Numbered from the stretch's first letter, positions 1-11,840 are shown. The stretch: DNA of 64,000 bases from Utricularia gibba (GCA_002189035.1 CM007989.1:992001-1056000), one strand, 5' to 3'. Program-made: numbers and translations. The notes: a model not told the origin generated them from the letters alone.

Positions 1-780
1 AGGTATGATGCTGATGAAGTTTATCCCGCTCTTCTCTGCCTCTTCCATGGCGGCTCTCTCCGCCAGAATCTTCGACACGAAGTACATCTGCGTACACCGA
101 TTACAATTACCACAACTGCCACGATCATGCGAATCGCCGGCGCTAAGTAAGTAACTAACCCATCCCGTCATTTTTGTAGCGAGAATGAAATCGTAGTCGC
201 TCCAGTTGCTCTCGTCGTACACCGGCTTCTGCTGCTTCTCGACGTTTAAGGTTCCGGCGGAGTTCGTGAACAGCAGCTTCTTCACTGTTTCCGCCTTCGC
301 GCATGATCTTATGATGTTGAGCATCCCTTCTACAGTGGGCTTGATCACTTCATTCTATCATCATAAAACCAGCATAATGCATCGTGGCCACCCCTTTTTA
401 TAACACAAAATCGTAGTGTGAGTACCTCCGGATCGTCCGACTCGAAGTCCATCGGAGTGGCGAGGTGAAACACGGCGTCGCAGCCTCGGAAGGCTTCGTC
501 GAAGCTGCCGGCAACGTTCAAATCGGCCTTCAAGAGCTTCAGCCTGGCGTCCGCGTGAGGCAGTTCTGTGAGGCACTTCACCTTCTCCCTGTTCTCTGCA
601 GACCGGAGGCTCAAAGTGAGCATCATGAAGCTACAGATGGCAATCATGAATCCCCTTACCCGGATCACGAACCGTGGCACGAACAATGTATCCCCGTTCC
701 AGAAGCCTCATTACGAGCCACGAGCCGATGAACCCAGAAGCTCCGGTGACGCACACGGTGGCCGGTGAGGTTTCCGCCAT
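1..780 (-). CDS. DFR: Dihydroflavonol 4-reductase, 5' part only. Exons 780-660, 595-426, 354-160 and 87-<1; the gene continues past the window edge.
   Basis: The spliced translation [31 protein letters not shown]...[23 protein letters not shown]...[11 protein letters not shown]...KMTGW/MYFVSK contains the NADPH-binding GxxGxxG and the YxxxK motif. The GT-AG junctions keep the reading frame. Confidence 0.95.
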
Positions 781-798
781 ATCAACAAATGCTGTGGA

Positions 799-1035
799 GG
801 TTGGTTGCTCACTGGACACTCCTCTCTCTGAACAACACACCGCACTACACAGCTTCATATATGAAGCAAAAATGGAAGGCAACCATCCTCTCAACCCCCA
901 AAACGGTGGTTGCACGAGGCACGTGACCACTCTCCATGCTCATTTCTTCTCCGTTTTTTTTTTTGTATTAAAATTTCCAAGTAATACAAGAAAAAAAAAA
1001 AAAAACCCAACGCCTGCATTCACCAACTAACTAAA
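799..1035 (-). promoter_or_regulatory. DFR proximal promoter with a TATA-like palindrome (852-867), a G-box CACGTG (920-925) and MYB-type elements (about 799-807 and 1022-1032)
   Basis: The motifs are read directly from the sequence. bHLH and MYB sites together are typical of MBW-regulated anthocyanin genes; function here is inferred. Confidence 0.5.
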
Positions 1036-2312
1036 ACCACTTCCCTGGCCGGTACCATGTGTTGGGCTGCCGAGTAGAACTGAAGAACTACTTTTTTTCT
1101 TCCCCCATGTTTTTCATTTATTTTGAAATTAAAAAGGTTTTCCAAATATTTTGTGATTTTATCAATGAAATTTATAATTAAAAATATTACAAAATACGAA
1201 AAGCAAAACCCGATCAGATGACATCATCAAGACATCATGAAAACAAACAATATAAAATAAATAAGATTGATAGGTTTCGGTACACCAGTCCCCGGTCACC
1301 CCCCTCAAAGAAAATGTCTTCATATGATATTTTTTTGACCCACCTCCCCTTGTCCAAATGTCTAATCCATGAACACACGCATACCAAGTAATGTCTTAAT
1401 TTTTAATAAAATTACATCAAAATTTCAGATTCTGGATTTTTTCTTTCTAAAATTAAGAGGATGTTATAATCTACTTCTCACTTTTCATTTTCCTTGTTCT
1501 TATAATGAGAAGTAATAAATATTTCATTTTCTTTCTCATTATTATAAGTAAATTGCACGTATAATATATTCTATTTGAAAATGAGAATATAAAATGCGAA
1601 TGATATTTTTATTCTAATAACAAAATGTATTTTTCGAGCACTCAAACCGGCTTATGTAGGCATTTGAAAAAATACATTATTTTTTAAAATTGTATTTCTA
1701 AATATCCACATGAATCGTTATTAATGTTGTAAATGTATAATATTTTTTAAACATTTTTTCAACATCTACAACAGCTTACGTGGATATCTATAAAATATTC
1801 TCCGAAAATTGTCGAAATTTTCTTTTTCGGATCAAATTCAAAGGAGTAAGATTTTCAAGCTCGGCGACTCCTTTGCTTTTCAACAAGTCCTTCCTTCCTT
1901 ACTTGAGGAAGAACATTATGGTTGACTGATTAAAAAAGGCAGACTATTTCCATTTAATAATTAAATAATATTATATTTTGGTGAATATCGAATTGGAGAC
2001 AGCCTTGGGTCAGCTCACCTAGCCCTCTTTTGAATGGCAACTTATATGGATGAATCTGACGTGGCAAACGCGTGACGCACTGTCTTACGCTTATGGCTGA
2101 CTGTGCTTCACTTGCTTGTACTCCGCGGTACAAATCAGGAACCGTGGGCGCCGCTTCTGTCTGAAACTCGCCGCGGCGCCCATCGGATTCTGCTTCTTTT
2201 TTTTTTCTAGAAAGGGAAAAATGACCGTACACCAATATCTCTATCCTTTTAGTTTTAAGTTTGTTGATCCAAAACCTAGTAACAAATATAATTGTAATAA
2301 TTGTATTAAGAA

Positions 2313-2332
2313 TATATATATATATATATATA
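2313..2332. repeat. (TA)10 microsatellite
   Basis: Seen directly in the sequence. Confidence 0.9.
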
Positions 2333-2567
2333 AGAATTAGTTTAAAGCATTAAATATGCATAAAATTGATGGATAAATTTAAGAGCTTGTGTGAAAAATC
2401 AATATTTTTTAATGTTTGTTTAGTTAATATAATTTTAATGAATGACAATTTTCAATTTTAAAAAATGAAGGGTAATTTTAACAAAAGGAGACGTAGAATA
2501 CCCTACAAATATTACAATTACACGGAATTAAATAAAAAAAGAACTAAGAAAAGGAATAATGGCGTCA

Positions 2568-3293
2568 TTAAATGTCATCGAAGGTCCACAGCTCCGTCGT
2601 GGCTGGCGGCTGACTAGACGGCGCAACGCCGGAAACTCCATCGTACGGTATGTGGTAGAAACTCATGTAGTTCTCGTACGCCATTAGTTCATTGGACAGC
2701 TTCTGCACTTCATCCTCCACCGCAGTCGACTCATTCTCAAACTCAATCAGGGGTTTTTCCGCGTAGCCGCCGCTTCCACCTACTGCGATCCCCTCCGCCG
2801 CGAAATCTATTTGCTCAGATTTCATATCCTTGACTGCGGAGCGAATGGGTTTCTCCGCAATCAGCACATCGTCGTTGTCATTGGGGAAATTGAGTTTCGC
2901 CTTTTTGCCTCTGATTTTCCGGGCAGCCCTATCATAAGCACGGGCAGCTTCTTCAGCCGTATCGTATGTACCCAGCCATACGCGAATCCCTTTCCCAGGG
3001 TCACGAATCTCTGCCGCCCATTTTCCCCACGGCCTCCGCCGGATACCCCTGTAGATACTCTTCCTCGGTTTCTTCAACGGAGCATGGAATTCATCACCTG
3101 AAATTCGACCACAAAAAAAGTCACGAAAACAGCGAAACAAAAAGGGCGGAAAACCTAGACGCATACCTGTAGAAGAAGGTGACGCTCTCTTAGGAGGATT
3201 CGAGACTTCAGGCCAGAAATCAGAGGCAGTGAGGTCCGAAGGGGAGACGCGGCGGCCAGGAATAAGGCCGGCGAGTATTGCACCACCGCACAT
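2568..3293 (-). CDS. Group VII ERF (RAP2.3/HRE2-like). Exons 3293-3167 and 3097-2568.
   Basis: N-terminal MCGGAI Cys2 N-degron, AP2 domain ([19 protein letters not shown]...[16 protein letters not shown]) and C-terminal LWTFDD. There is a 69-nt GT-AG intron. Confidence 0.93.
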   Translation of the reverse strand: MCGGAILAGLIPGRRVSPSDLTASDFWPEVSNPPKRASPSSTGMRLGFPPFLFRCFRDFFCGRISGDEFHAPLKKPRKSIYRGIRRRPWGKWAAEIRDPGKGIRVWLGTYDTAEEAARAYDRAARKIRGKKAKLNFPNDNDDVLIAEKPIRSAVKDMKSEQIDFAAEGIAVGGSGGYAEKPLIEFENESTAVEDEVQKLSNELMAYENYMSFYHIPYDGVSGVAPSSQPPATTELWTFDDI

Positions 3294-4203
3294 GTTGGAA
3301 ATTGGGAACGTAAGTTCCAGAAGCTAGGGATTTGGGAAATTGGGGTTGCAAAATGCAAATTGGAGTGTTCAAAGGGCAGGAGAACTATATATATACATAT
3401 TTTTCGGAAGATATTTTATTTATCCTTCAAAAAAAGAAAAAAAAAAGACATACACCTACCGGGTACCGGGTACCGACTACCGACTACCAGCTACTGGCGG
3501 CGTGTCCCTTGAAACTTATCCTCCAGCCATCTCCATCCGTTGAACGGGAAATCAAACATTCAACGACAATAATATTAAATAAATAAATAGCAAGTGTAGG
3601 ACTTGTTTTGCTTCTCTGTTTTTATGAAAAATCAAATTAAATTAAAAATTATTAAAATTAGATGCCTATTTTTATTTTTATAATATTTTTACAATTGCTT
3701 GGAACAATTCAATGCATTGTAAAAAGAATTCAATCCAAAATGTTAATAAACTAAAAATAAATTAAAAATGGTTTTAAATTCCACGTCATATCCCACACGC
3801 TTTTAAAAAAATAATATATTTTTTAAAGTAGACGCGCCTGCCGACGTCTTGTTTGTCATCTTGCGGCTGCGCGTCGGTGTCAAAAAAAATGTGGTCCCAC
3901 ATGAATTTTTACATTTAAGGAAAATCATTTAAATGGTTATATTTGATTTAATTTTTAAATGATATGTTGAATTAAAAATTATTAAATAATAATATCTAAA
4001 TCTCAACCCATTAATATATTGTATTTAATTATATTAATAATTAATTTTATTGACGAATATTTCAATAGGAAATAAATATTAAAATATTGAATCGGATATG
4101 CAAAATAAATTAAGGAATTGAATTATTGAATTTCGTTACTACACCATTTGTGAAATGATTTAGTAATACCGTAAACTAAAAAATCATCAACGACCTTCTG
4201 AAT

Positions 4204-5655
4204 CTACGGCGATGGCGAAGGCGACGGCGCCTGCGTCTGTGTCTGCGCCTGTGAGGCTCCGCAGTTCGCCCCGACCTGGGCATCCGCGATCCCCTTTAAC
4301 ATCGGCGTCACATGGGAACACGATGATGATAATGGCTTGTTGCCGGAAGGCTTTATGTCGATGTCCGTGAGCTCGACTCCGGCGCACGGATTGTCCGCAC
4401 TGCAATCCAAATGAATCGCCTCCGGCGATATGGTTGTCCCCGATATGTTGATAAAGCGAATTCCACTAAGCTTGACGCTGGACTCCTGCTTCGCCTGTTT
4501 GGAATGGTAATGCTGGTCGATGATGATCGGATTCGCCACGTTCGTCATGTTTATGTTCTCGAAGGTGATGTTGGAGGCCGACAATGGCGGTGATGGGGCG
4601 AACGTTTTGATTCTCGCGCCGTTGGTGGTTCCCGATATGGTGCAGTTTCTGATCGTTACTCCTTTCAAGTCGAGCTCGTGGTCGCGCTTCCCTAAGCTCC
4701 CGACGCTGGTAATGTAACAAAAACATCTGTCAGAAGCAAACCATTTTAGTCATCGTTGGTACAGAATGATGACATGCCTGAGGCCGTGTCCGGGGCCGCA
4801 CGCTACACCTTCGACAAGAAGGTCGACGACGCCGTGTCCGACTGACACGCAGTCGTCGCCTGTGCCGATGACGGTGTTGGTGATGGTGACTTTGCTGGAT
4901 TTGCTGAGATGAATGCCATCGGTGTTGGGGCTGTCTCCGGGGGCGGTTATCGTAAGTCCGGTGACCTCGACGTCGTGACTATCGGTGATCTTGGTGTGGA
5001 AACCCATGCTATCCACGAAAGACAAGTTGTTCAACTTCCCGAATCCCACCCCTTGCATAATCAAGCTCTGCAAAAAATTTAATCATCTAACCCGCAAAAC
5101 CTAAAACACCTCTGTTGCGAAGACAGCTAGGGTTGATTTTACTTACCACTGGCATCATGTTGGAGCCGTCGGCGTACTGCCAGGCGCTGGATCCTTTTCC
5201 GTTGATCGTACCACCGCCGGTTACGACGACGTTGTTGATGTGCTCAACCATAATCCACGCACCGCGAGTGTACGTGCTGATATCCTCGTTAGCCGTCAGA
5301 TTGCCCTGGATTTCGATCGTGAAGGGCCCTTCTCCTTTACACGGCCCCGCGAACACAACTTCCCCGAGCATATACTTCCCCGGAGGGATCAGCAAGGTCG
5401 CCGGCCCCGTGCGGGCGTCGCAGGCTGCCCTCCATGCCTGAATGAACGCCTGCAACGCACGCGCAAAAGTCATGCACAAACATTGCATATACCAACCGTC
5501 GCAGGTAGAAGTACCATGGCGTCATCGTGTGTGCCGTCCGCCTTGGCCCCGTATTGCATGACGTCGAAGGCGACCGGACCTTGTGCCCTGCAACCCATTA
5601 ATCCGACGACGATTGCCAGGAGGCGCACCGCCGTGATCCTACAACCGAAAACCAT
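4204..5655 (-). CDS. Polygalacturonase (GH28, exopolygalacturonase-like). Exons 5655-5515, 5449-5147, 5067-4778 and 4705-4204.
   Basis: Signal peptide plus all four GH28 motifs: SPNTDGIH, GDDCVS, GPGHGLSVGSLG and RIKT. Intron 3 has a GC donor. Confidence 0.93.
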
Positions 5656-6689
5656 ATCCACAACTAAGTTTTCCTCCTTTTTTTGCGTTTCTTGAGGGGT
5701 TAGTTGATCTCTGCAGAGAATTTATTCAGTCATTCTGATGTTTTTTCTTTTTCTTTTGGTTTCTTGGGAGGAATGGATCATATAAAGAGGGGTCGTTCCA
5801 CTTTTCTCGGCTGGTTGACTGCAAATCTTCGTGTGATCCAAAGGGGATGTTGTTTCTTGTTCATCCCCTTAGCTACTATATTTAGGTTCCATTGGCCAAT
5901 GCTTCTCTGCCCCATTAGTTCATATGTTTGCAATAATGATATACATCCATGTTACAATGTGGTTGCTCTTCCATAGTACACATTGTATTATTATTGAAAT
6001 CGTGATAAATAATTTACTAGAATAATTATATGTAGAACCTTATAAACAAAATTTACGACTCACGATTGTATTATATGATATTATTTGTTTAAATGTTACG
6101 TCTATATGAATTCATTTGATAATATATTAAAATTAACCTTAGGTTAAATAATACACATTGATTATATAATTAGTAAAAAATAGTATTTAATATAATAAAT
6201 TAGATATTTAACCATTTTTTTATTTTAGCCTTTATGAAATGTTTAAGTATTTAGTTAATTCCATAATAGTAAAAATATAAGATGACTATTATTGCAAAAA
6301 GTATTTTCTATATTTATCAATTATATATAATATAATTATTTAATTTTATATCAAATATATGATAAATGATTTGATAGATTTTTTTATATAAATTAATCTG
6401 AAAATTTTTAATAATGAGTAAATTAAAACATTATATCAAACAAATCATAAATTCTTGTATTTTCCTTATTTTTGAGCAACATTGTAGATGTTCATCACCG
6501 TTCTTACATCAAATAGTTTACTTTATCATGTTTGTGATTCACGTGGGATTCTCCGCATTCTTCTTATCTTCCGTGTTTATATTTGGTTTTTATTTAAAAA
6601 AAAGGGTGTTTATATGGGAAAAAAGGGGGTGTCTTCATCGGGCCTCTTGCATTTCTGCAGGAATTCGGAACCCCAAGCGTCTAGGAATC

Positions 6690-8552
6690 ATGGCTTCCAA
6701 TTTCTGGGCGTCATCGCACTAGTTTGTCTCTTCTGCCTCTTTTCTGGATTCCTTATTGATCCCCAAATTGTTCCTTGTTTTGTTATTCGCCGATTCACCG
6801 TATTGTTTCTCTGTGGAAATTTGTGATTGTGAAGCAAGCAACTACGGGACCAAGAAGAGGTGGACGTAGTGCACCCGTTGGATAAGGAACGAGGAATAAC
6901 TCTTGAAGAGTTTAAGCTCATCAAGTTGCGTATGTCTAACTGTAAGCATCATCCTTGCAATTTGTGGCATGGGCTTTTTACGCTTAGGTTTTGTTGTTTC
7001 AGTATTTTGGCATGCGTCTGCCTGTTTTGGAACAATTTTTTCATGTATGTGTACGGACATTCTGGGCTTCAAGGCGTGATGCTCTTTTGAAATTTGTTGA
7101 TCTTAGATTTTGTTTTCCCTTCAATGTGTTGTTGATTTTTCAGTCTTTTGAATATTCTCTTTTCTGTAGCCTGCATTTCTCTAAATCAGTACTGCGCATA
7201 CAGGATACGATGTTGGCTGTTTATCTTAAGTTTATTCACTAGTTTTTTACTCTAAAACCTGAACAGATATAGCAAAGCTGGCTCACAGTGTGAAAGTGCG
7301 GCAAAGGTATGTTTCCCACTTTGTTAAAGAAAATTCAGGAGTTTTATATCACAAGAGTATTGTGTTTCTTTCCCTGATTTTTTGTACCATTCTTGATTTT
7401 TTGCGTGGATATGCAGTAGCTTATACCAGCAGTGAGAGTGTAGTCGTCATTTGTTTTTCTCATATGCTATATTTGTTTTCAGGGTTGTTGCAACAGCCAT
7501 CACATACATGAGGCGTGTTTATCTCCGGTATGCTTAATGAAGAAATTTGTAAGAAACTGGAGCATATAGAATAGAGTGTAAAGTTCGACTCTGAACACAG
7601 GGTCTGTTAGGGAGTTTACCTAGATGAACCGCACCTTCAACTAGTGATCAAAATAAAATCATTTTGTATGCAGGAAAAGCATGACTGAATATGATCCTTA
7701 TCTGGTTGCTACAGCTTGTGTATATTTAGCATCAAAGGCCGAGGAGAGCACAGTGCAGGCTAGACTTCTTGTTTTCTACATCAAGAAATTACGTAAGCAT
7801 GATCTGATCTAAAACTGCTTGTTTTCTTCACTGAGTTCCCAATGATCCAATAGTGGTGATGGCTTTTCATAGAAGAAAGATATCAGTGTGAAATAAAAGA
7901 CATTCTAGAGATGGAAATGAAAATCTTGGAGGCCCTTGATTATTATTTAGTAGTATTCCATCCGTATCGGGGACTGACTGAGTAAGATCCATCTCCATCT
8001 TAAAACAGATTATTAATGCTATTGCTTTTGAAGTTTTTTCGGATAATGCATTCTTTTCATTCAGCAATCCATATCAAGTTCTGGTTGTTTTTTTGTCAGG
8101 TTGCTTCAAGATGCTGGAATGTCTGATGCCGCACAGTTAACATGGTGACTAATCCTTTCACTTAAATGCCTGCTTCAGGATAACGTTGATCGTACTGAAT
8201 ATCTCTTGTTTGCTTCAAGGGGGATTATAAACGATACATACAAAATGGACTTGATTCTTATTCATCCACCCCACTTGATCACTTTAGCATGTATCTACAT
8301 TGCAAGCGTACTAAAGGACAAGGAGAGCACCGCCTGGTTCGAAGAGCTTCGAGTAGACATGAATGTCGTAAGTACTCTGAACACTTGCTATCTTTTTAAT
8401 GAAGTAAGACATATGTGGTTCTTAATCCAAACATGTGGGCCAAATTTTTCCAGGTCAAGAACATTGCAATTGAGATTCTCGACTTCTATAACAACCACAA
8501 GCTGATCACTGATGAAAGAGTCAACGCAGCAATGAACAAGCTCACGAAATGA
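6690..8552 (+). CDS. CYCC1: Cyclin-C1 (Mediator CDK8 module), 9 coding exons
   Basis: The spliced translation is MASNFWASSH/YKQL..DKERGITLEEFKLIK..KVRQRVVATAITYMRRVY..YLASKAEES..YLVVFHPYR..NDTYKMDLILIHPPHLI..VKNIAIEILDFY. Confidence 0.93.
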
Positions 8553-8706
8553 GTGATCTCTTTTGGGTTGAATGTCTTAACCTGGACAAGAGGAAAGCCT
8601 TGTTGTGAACAAATATTTATTAGAGGAACGTAGAATTCACCGTATTACAAAGGCAACAACACATAGCATCAACATCCACATTCATGTAAGCTTCTTATTG
8701 ATGCAT

Positions 8707-10327
8707 TCACTGCTCAACTATGATCTTTCCTGTGGCATGCCCCTCAATGCTCTTGCCCCAAGCATCTTCAGCTTTGCTCAGGGGAAACTTGGAGTCAATC
8801 ACACTCTTGAGCTTCCCATCCCTCACCAACTCAACAAGGAACTGTAGATTTTCGGCCTTGGGGACCAAGATGAGTGGCACCAAACTTTTCTTGGAGAAAG
8901 TGAGTTTCTTCACTGCAAACGTCCACATAGCTTTCACCCCAGGAGTGATGTCGATCACCTTCCCAGACTCACTAAGATTCGGCTCAAAGACAGACCAAGG
9001 CAATGCAGCTGCACAGTGAAGAACTGCATCATACTTTCTGCCCGAGGGGCTGATGAGAGCTGCCCCTTCTGGTGTCTTGTAGTCAAGAACTTCATCTGCT
9101 CCAAGGCTTCTAACGAACTCCAGATTGCGAGCACCGCACGTCGCCGTTACGTGGGCGTTTCCGAGTTTCGCAAGCTGCACAGCATAGTGTCCAACACCAC
9201 CAGATGCGGCGGTGATGAGAATGTTTTTGGAAGGGCCGGTTCCATCCATCCTCAGCCCTGTAGATTGAGTCAGGGCCATGTGTGCCGTAAGACCAGCGAT
9301 AATGAGGCTAGCGCCTTCGGCTGCTGATACTTCTGGAGGCCTTGAAACTGTCAGCTTTTCCTTTGCTACCCCAAACTCTGCAAAGCCACCTCCATTCTGA
9401 TTCATAAGGACGTTAGTAAGCTTCAAGCAAGACACAAAGATACCAGTGAATAGTTAAAACATGTATTCCTCCACTCACAAGGTAATCCAAGCTTGCGACC
9501 ACTTTATCCCCGGGTTTGAACTTCGTTACCCCAGTGCCGACTTCCACCACTTCTCCGGCAGTATCAGTAGCTGTAACGAAAAGAGAGGAAGTTGAGCAAC
9601 ATGATAAGAATGATCACAGAAAATCAACAATGAAGTGGCAGAGTGTGTGTCTGATCTGGGAAGAAACACAAAGCAGCACTAGTGTTCGTCTTCTGGGAAG
9701 CAAATGTATTGCACCTCAAGCATTAGAAATTGTCTTGATGTGTGCAAATTTACATACATATTATGCAGAAAAGCATACAGAATTTGCTCACTGATAGAAT
9801 TTGCTAGACTACATGGCGTGGCTAGTGGGGCATGACATCATGAAATTGAAGATGGAAAGCATAACCTGGTATAAAAGGGAATTTCCGAGGCAATAGAGGA
9901 CGGAGCATTCCCTTCTGAATCTTCCAATCAACAGGATTTATGCTAGTGGCTTCTAACTTTATCAGAAGTTCACCCTTTCCAGGTTTAGGAACTGGGACTT
10001 CAACATGCTTTACAAGAGGAAGCATTCGATGTGTCAAAATGGCAATCACATGAATTTAGTGGTCTAAAGAGACTACTCGAATCACGTTACCAACGCTAAA
10101 GAAAGTTCAAGGAAGTGGAATCAAGCATGAGTCAACTGAAGCAAAATCCAGCCCAAAGACAAACAAGAATCGCCCCCCACCAACAGAAAAAAAAAAAAAA
10201 ATCCTCGTATATTATCATTTTTTTCCGGGATTTCCACTAACGCAGAGTGGGTTTAGCTTACCTTCAAACCCGCGGCTCCGCCACCGTAACCCTCGTACTG
10301 AAGCGCCCGCATTAGGTTCGCTGCCAT
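8707..10327 (-). CDS. ceQORH: Chloroplast envelope quinone oxidoreductase homolog (MDR/zeta-crystallin family), 4 exons
   Basis: The translation is MAANLMRALQYEGYGGGAAGLK/HVEVPVPKP..SINPVDWKIQKG..NILITAASGGVGHYAVQLAKLG..GHATGKIIVEQ. It has no cleavable transit peptide, as expected for ceQORH. Confidence 0.88.
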
Positions 10328-10610
10328 AGCTGGATTCTAGAGAAACGCAGGAATTCGGAATGAAGAACAAAATAAAATCACCGTTCGTTCTTGTAGGTTT
10401 ATCATCGACATGGACGGATATGCCCTATTCATTACCCGCATTTAATGTTGAATTGATAGTTTTGGAAAATTGCCTCCTAGGGCTGAAATCGTATTTCACA
10501 ATTTGATAAATTTTTGACGGGATAAAATATTATTAATACAAATATCTGGAAATGAATTGGGTTCAAATTCGGTTTCATGGATTCGTAGGGAGCTGTAGAA
10601 ATGTGAGTTG

Positions 10611-10630
10611 AGGCCCAATAACAAGCCCAA
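10611..10630. promoter_or_regulatory. Paired site II elements (GGCCCA and AGCCCA) in the ceQORH/PPR divergent promoter
   Basis: The motifs lie at 10612-10617 and 10624-10629 in a 379-bp head-to-head spacer. Confidence 0.5.
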
Positions 10631-10706
10631 TATTCTTGAGGAGGACAGCCCCAACGCCTACAAAGGGAGTTCATCGCCACCGTCTTGCTAGTCACCGTCA
10701 CCGCCG

Positions 10707-11840
10707 ATGAACTCCCTCCGCTGCCGATGCGCCTTCACGAAATCGCTATTTCGCTTCTCGCTCCGCCGTATATCCACAACAGTATCTCTCCTTGACTCAT
10801 CATCTCCGGCGGCAATCCCGGAGGAGCTTCCTCCGGCTCCAAAGCCTCGGCAGCGTGGGCGAACACCGTCCGAGAAGCAATTCGAGACATGGATTGACAT
10901 CCTAAAGCCAGGGTTCACTCCAATGGACGTCAACGAAGCTCTGCGATCTCAGAGCGATCCAGACCTAGCGCTTGACATTTTCCGGTGGACTGCTCAGCAG
11001 CGGTACTACAAGCACAACCACATCACTTATCTTACGATGCTCGAACTCGCCATCTCCGGTAAGCGTTACACCGTCGCCGAAACCTTGATCGAAGAAGTTT
11101 TATCAGGCGCTTGTTCAGCGAATCTCCCTTTGTTCAATACCATGATCAAGTTCTGCTGTGGCCGTAAGTTGTTGTTTAATCGAGCTTTCGATGTTTACAA
11201 GAAGATGTTGAAATCAGATGATGCTCAGCCAAACCTGGAGACGTACTCACTGCTCTTCAACTCCCTTTTGAGAAAGTTTGACAAGATAAGTGTTTGTTAT
11301 GTCTATATGCCCAGCGTTAGATCACTGGCTAAGCAGATGAAGGCCTGTGGTGTCATTCCAGACACCTTCGTCTTGAACATGATCATCAAAGCATACTCCA
11401 AGTGCCATGAAATCGATGAAGCCCTCCGGGTTTTTCATGAGATGGGGTTGTATGGATGTGAGCCTAATGCCTATACATACAGCTATTTGACAAAGGGGGC
11501 ATGTGAGAAGGGAAGGGTGAATCAAGGATTCAGCTTTTTCAGGGAGATGAGGGAGAAGGGGTTGCTTCCCAATAAAACTAGTTGGCTGGTTTTGATCTGC
11601 AGTCTGGCACTGGACAGGAGATATGAAGATGCAGTTGAAACTACATTGGATATGCTCGCCAATGCGGTGTCACCTGATTTGCTTACATACAAGACATTGG
11701 TGGAGGAAATGTGCAGAGATGGAAGGGGGGAGGAGGCATTAGAACTGGTTGAAATGTTCAGGAAGAAGGATACTTTTATGAACGAGAGAACATACAAAGC
11801 TCTGTTGGACACAGTGCAGTTTCCTGATCAGGATCTCTAG
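10707..11840 (+). CDS. P-class pentatricopeptide repeat protein, intronless, probably mitochondrial (377 aa)
   Basis: Repeated 35-aa PPR motifs (e.g. PDTFVLNMIIKAYSKCHEIDEALRVFHEMGLYGCE, PNAYTYSYLTKGACEKGRV) follow an Arg/Ser-rich presequence. Confidence 0.92.
   Translation: MNSLRCRCAFTKSLFRFSLRRISTTVSLLDSSSPAAIPEELPPAPKPRQRGRTPSEKQFETWIDILKPGFTPMDVNEALRSQSDPDLALDIFRWTAQQRYYKHNHITYLTMLELAISGKRYTVAETLIEEVLSGACSANLPLFNTMIKFCCGRKLLFNRAFDVYKKMLKSDDAQPNLETYSLLFNSLLRKFDKISVCYVYMPSVRSLAKQMKACGVIPDTFVLNMIIKAYSKCHEIDEALRVFHEMGLYGCEPNAYTYSYLTKGACEKGRVNQGFSFFREMREKGLLPNKTSWLVLICSLALDRRYEDAVETTLDMLANAVSPDLLTYKTLVEEMCRDGRGEEALELVEMFRKKDTFMNERTYKALLDTVQFPDQDL

Noticed and set aside
1440-1680. Short inverted repeats in AT-rich DNA (e.g. 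AATGTATTTTT...AAAAATACATT), possibly a MITE.
   Set aside because: No TIR/TSD pair could be defined, and low-complexity AT DNA produces such stems by chance.
7793-7872. Cyclin C appears about 2 residues short at the exon 5/6 junction (KKLQERY versus the recalled KKLYSDEKY), suggesting a second microexon.
   Set aside because: The intron is only 80 nt, too short to hold two introns. The direct junction is in frame, so a small deletion is more likely.
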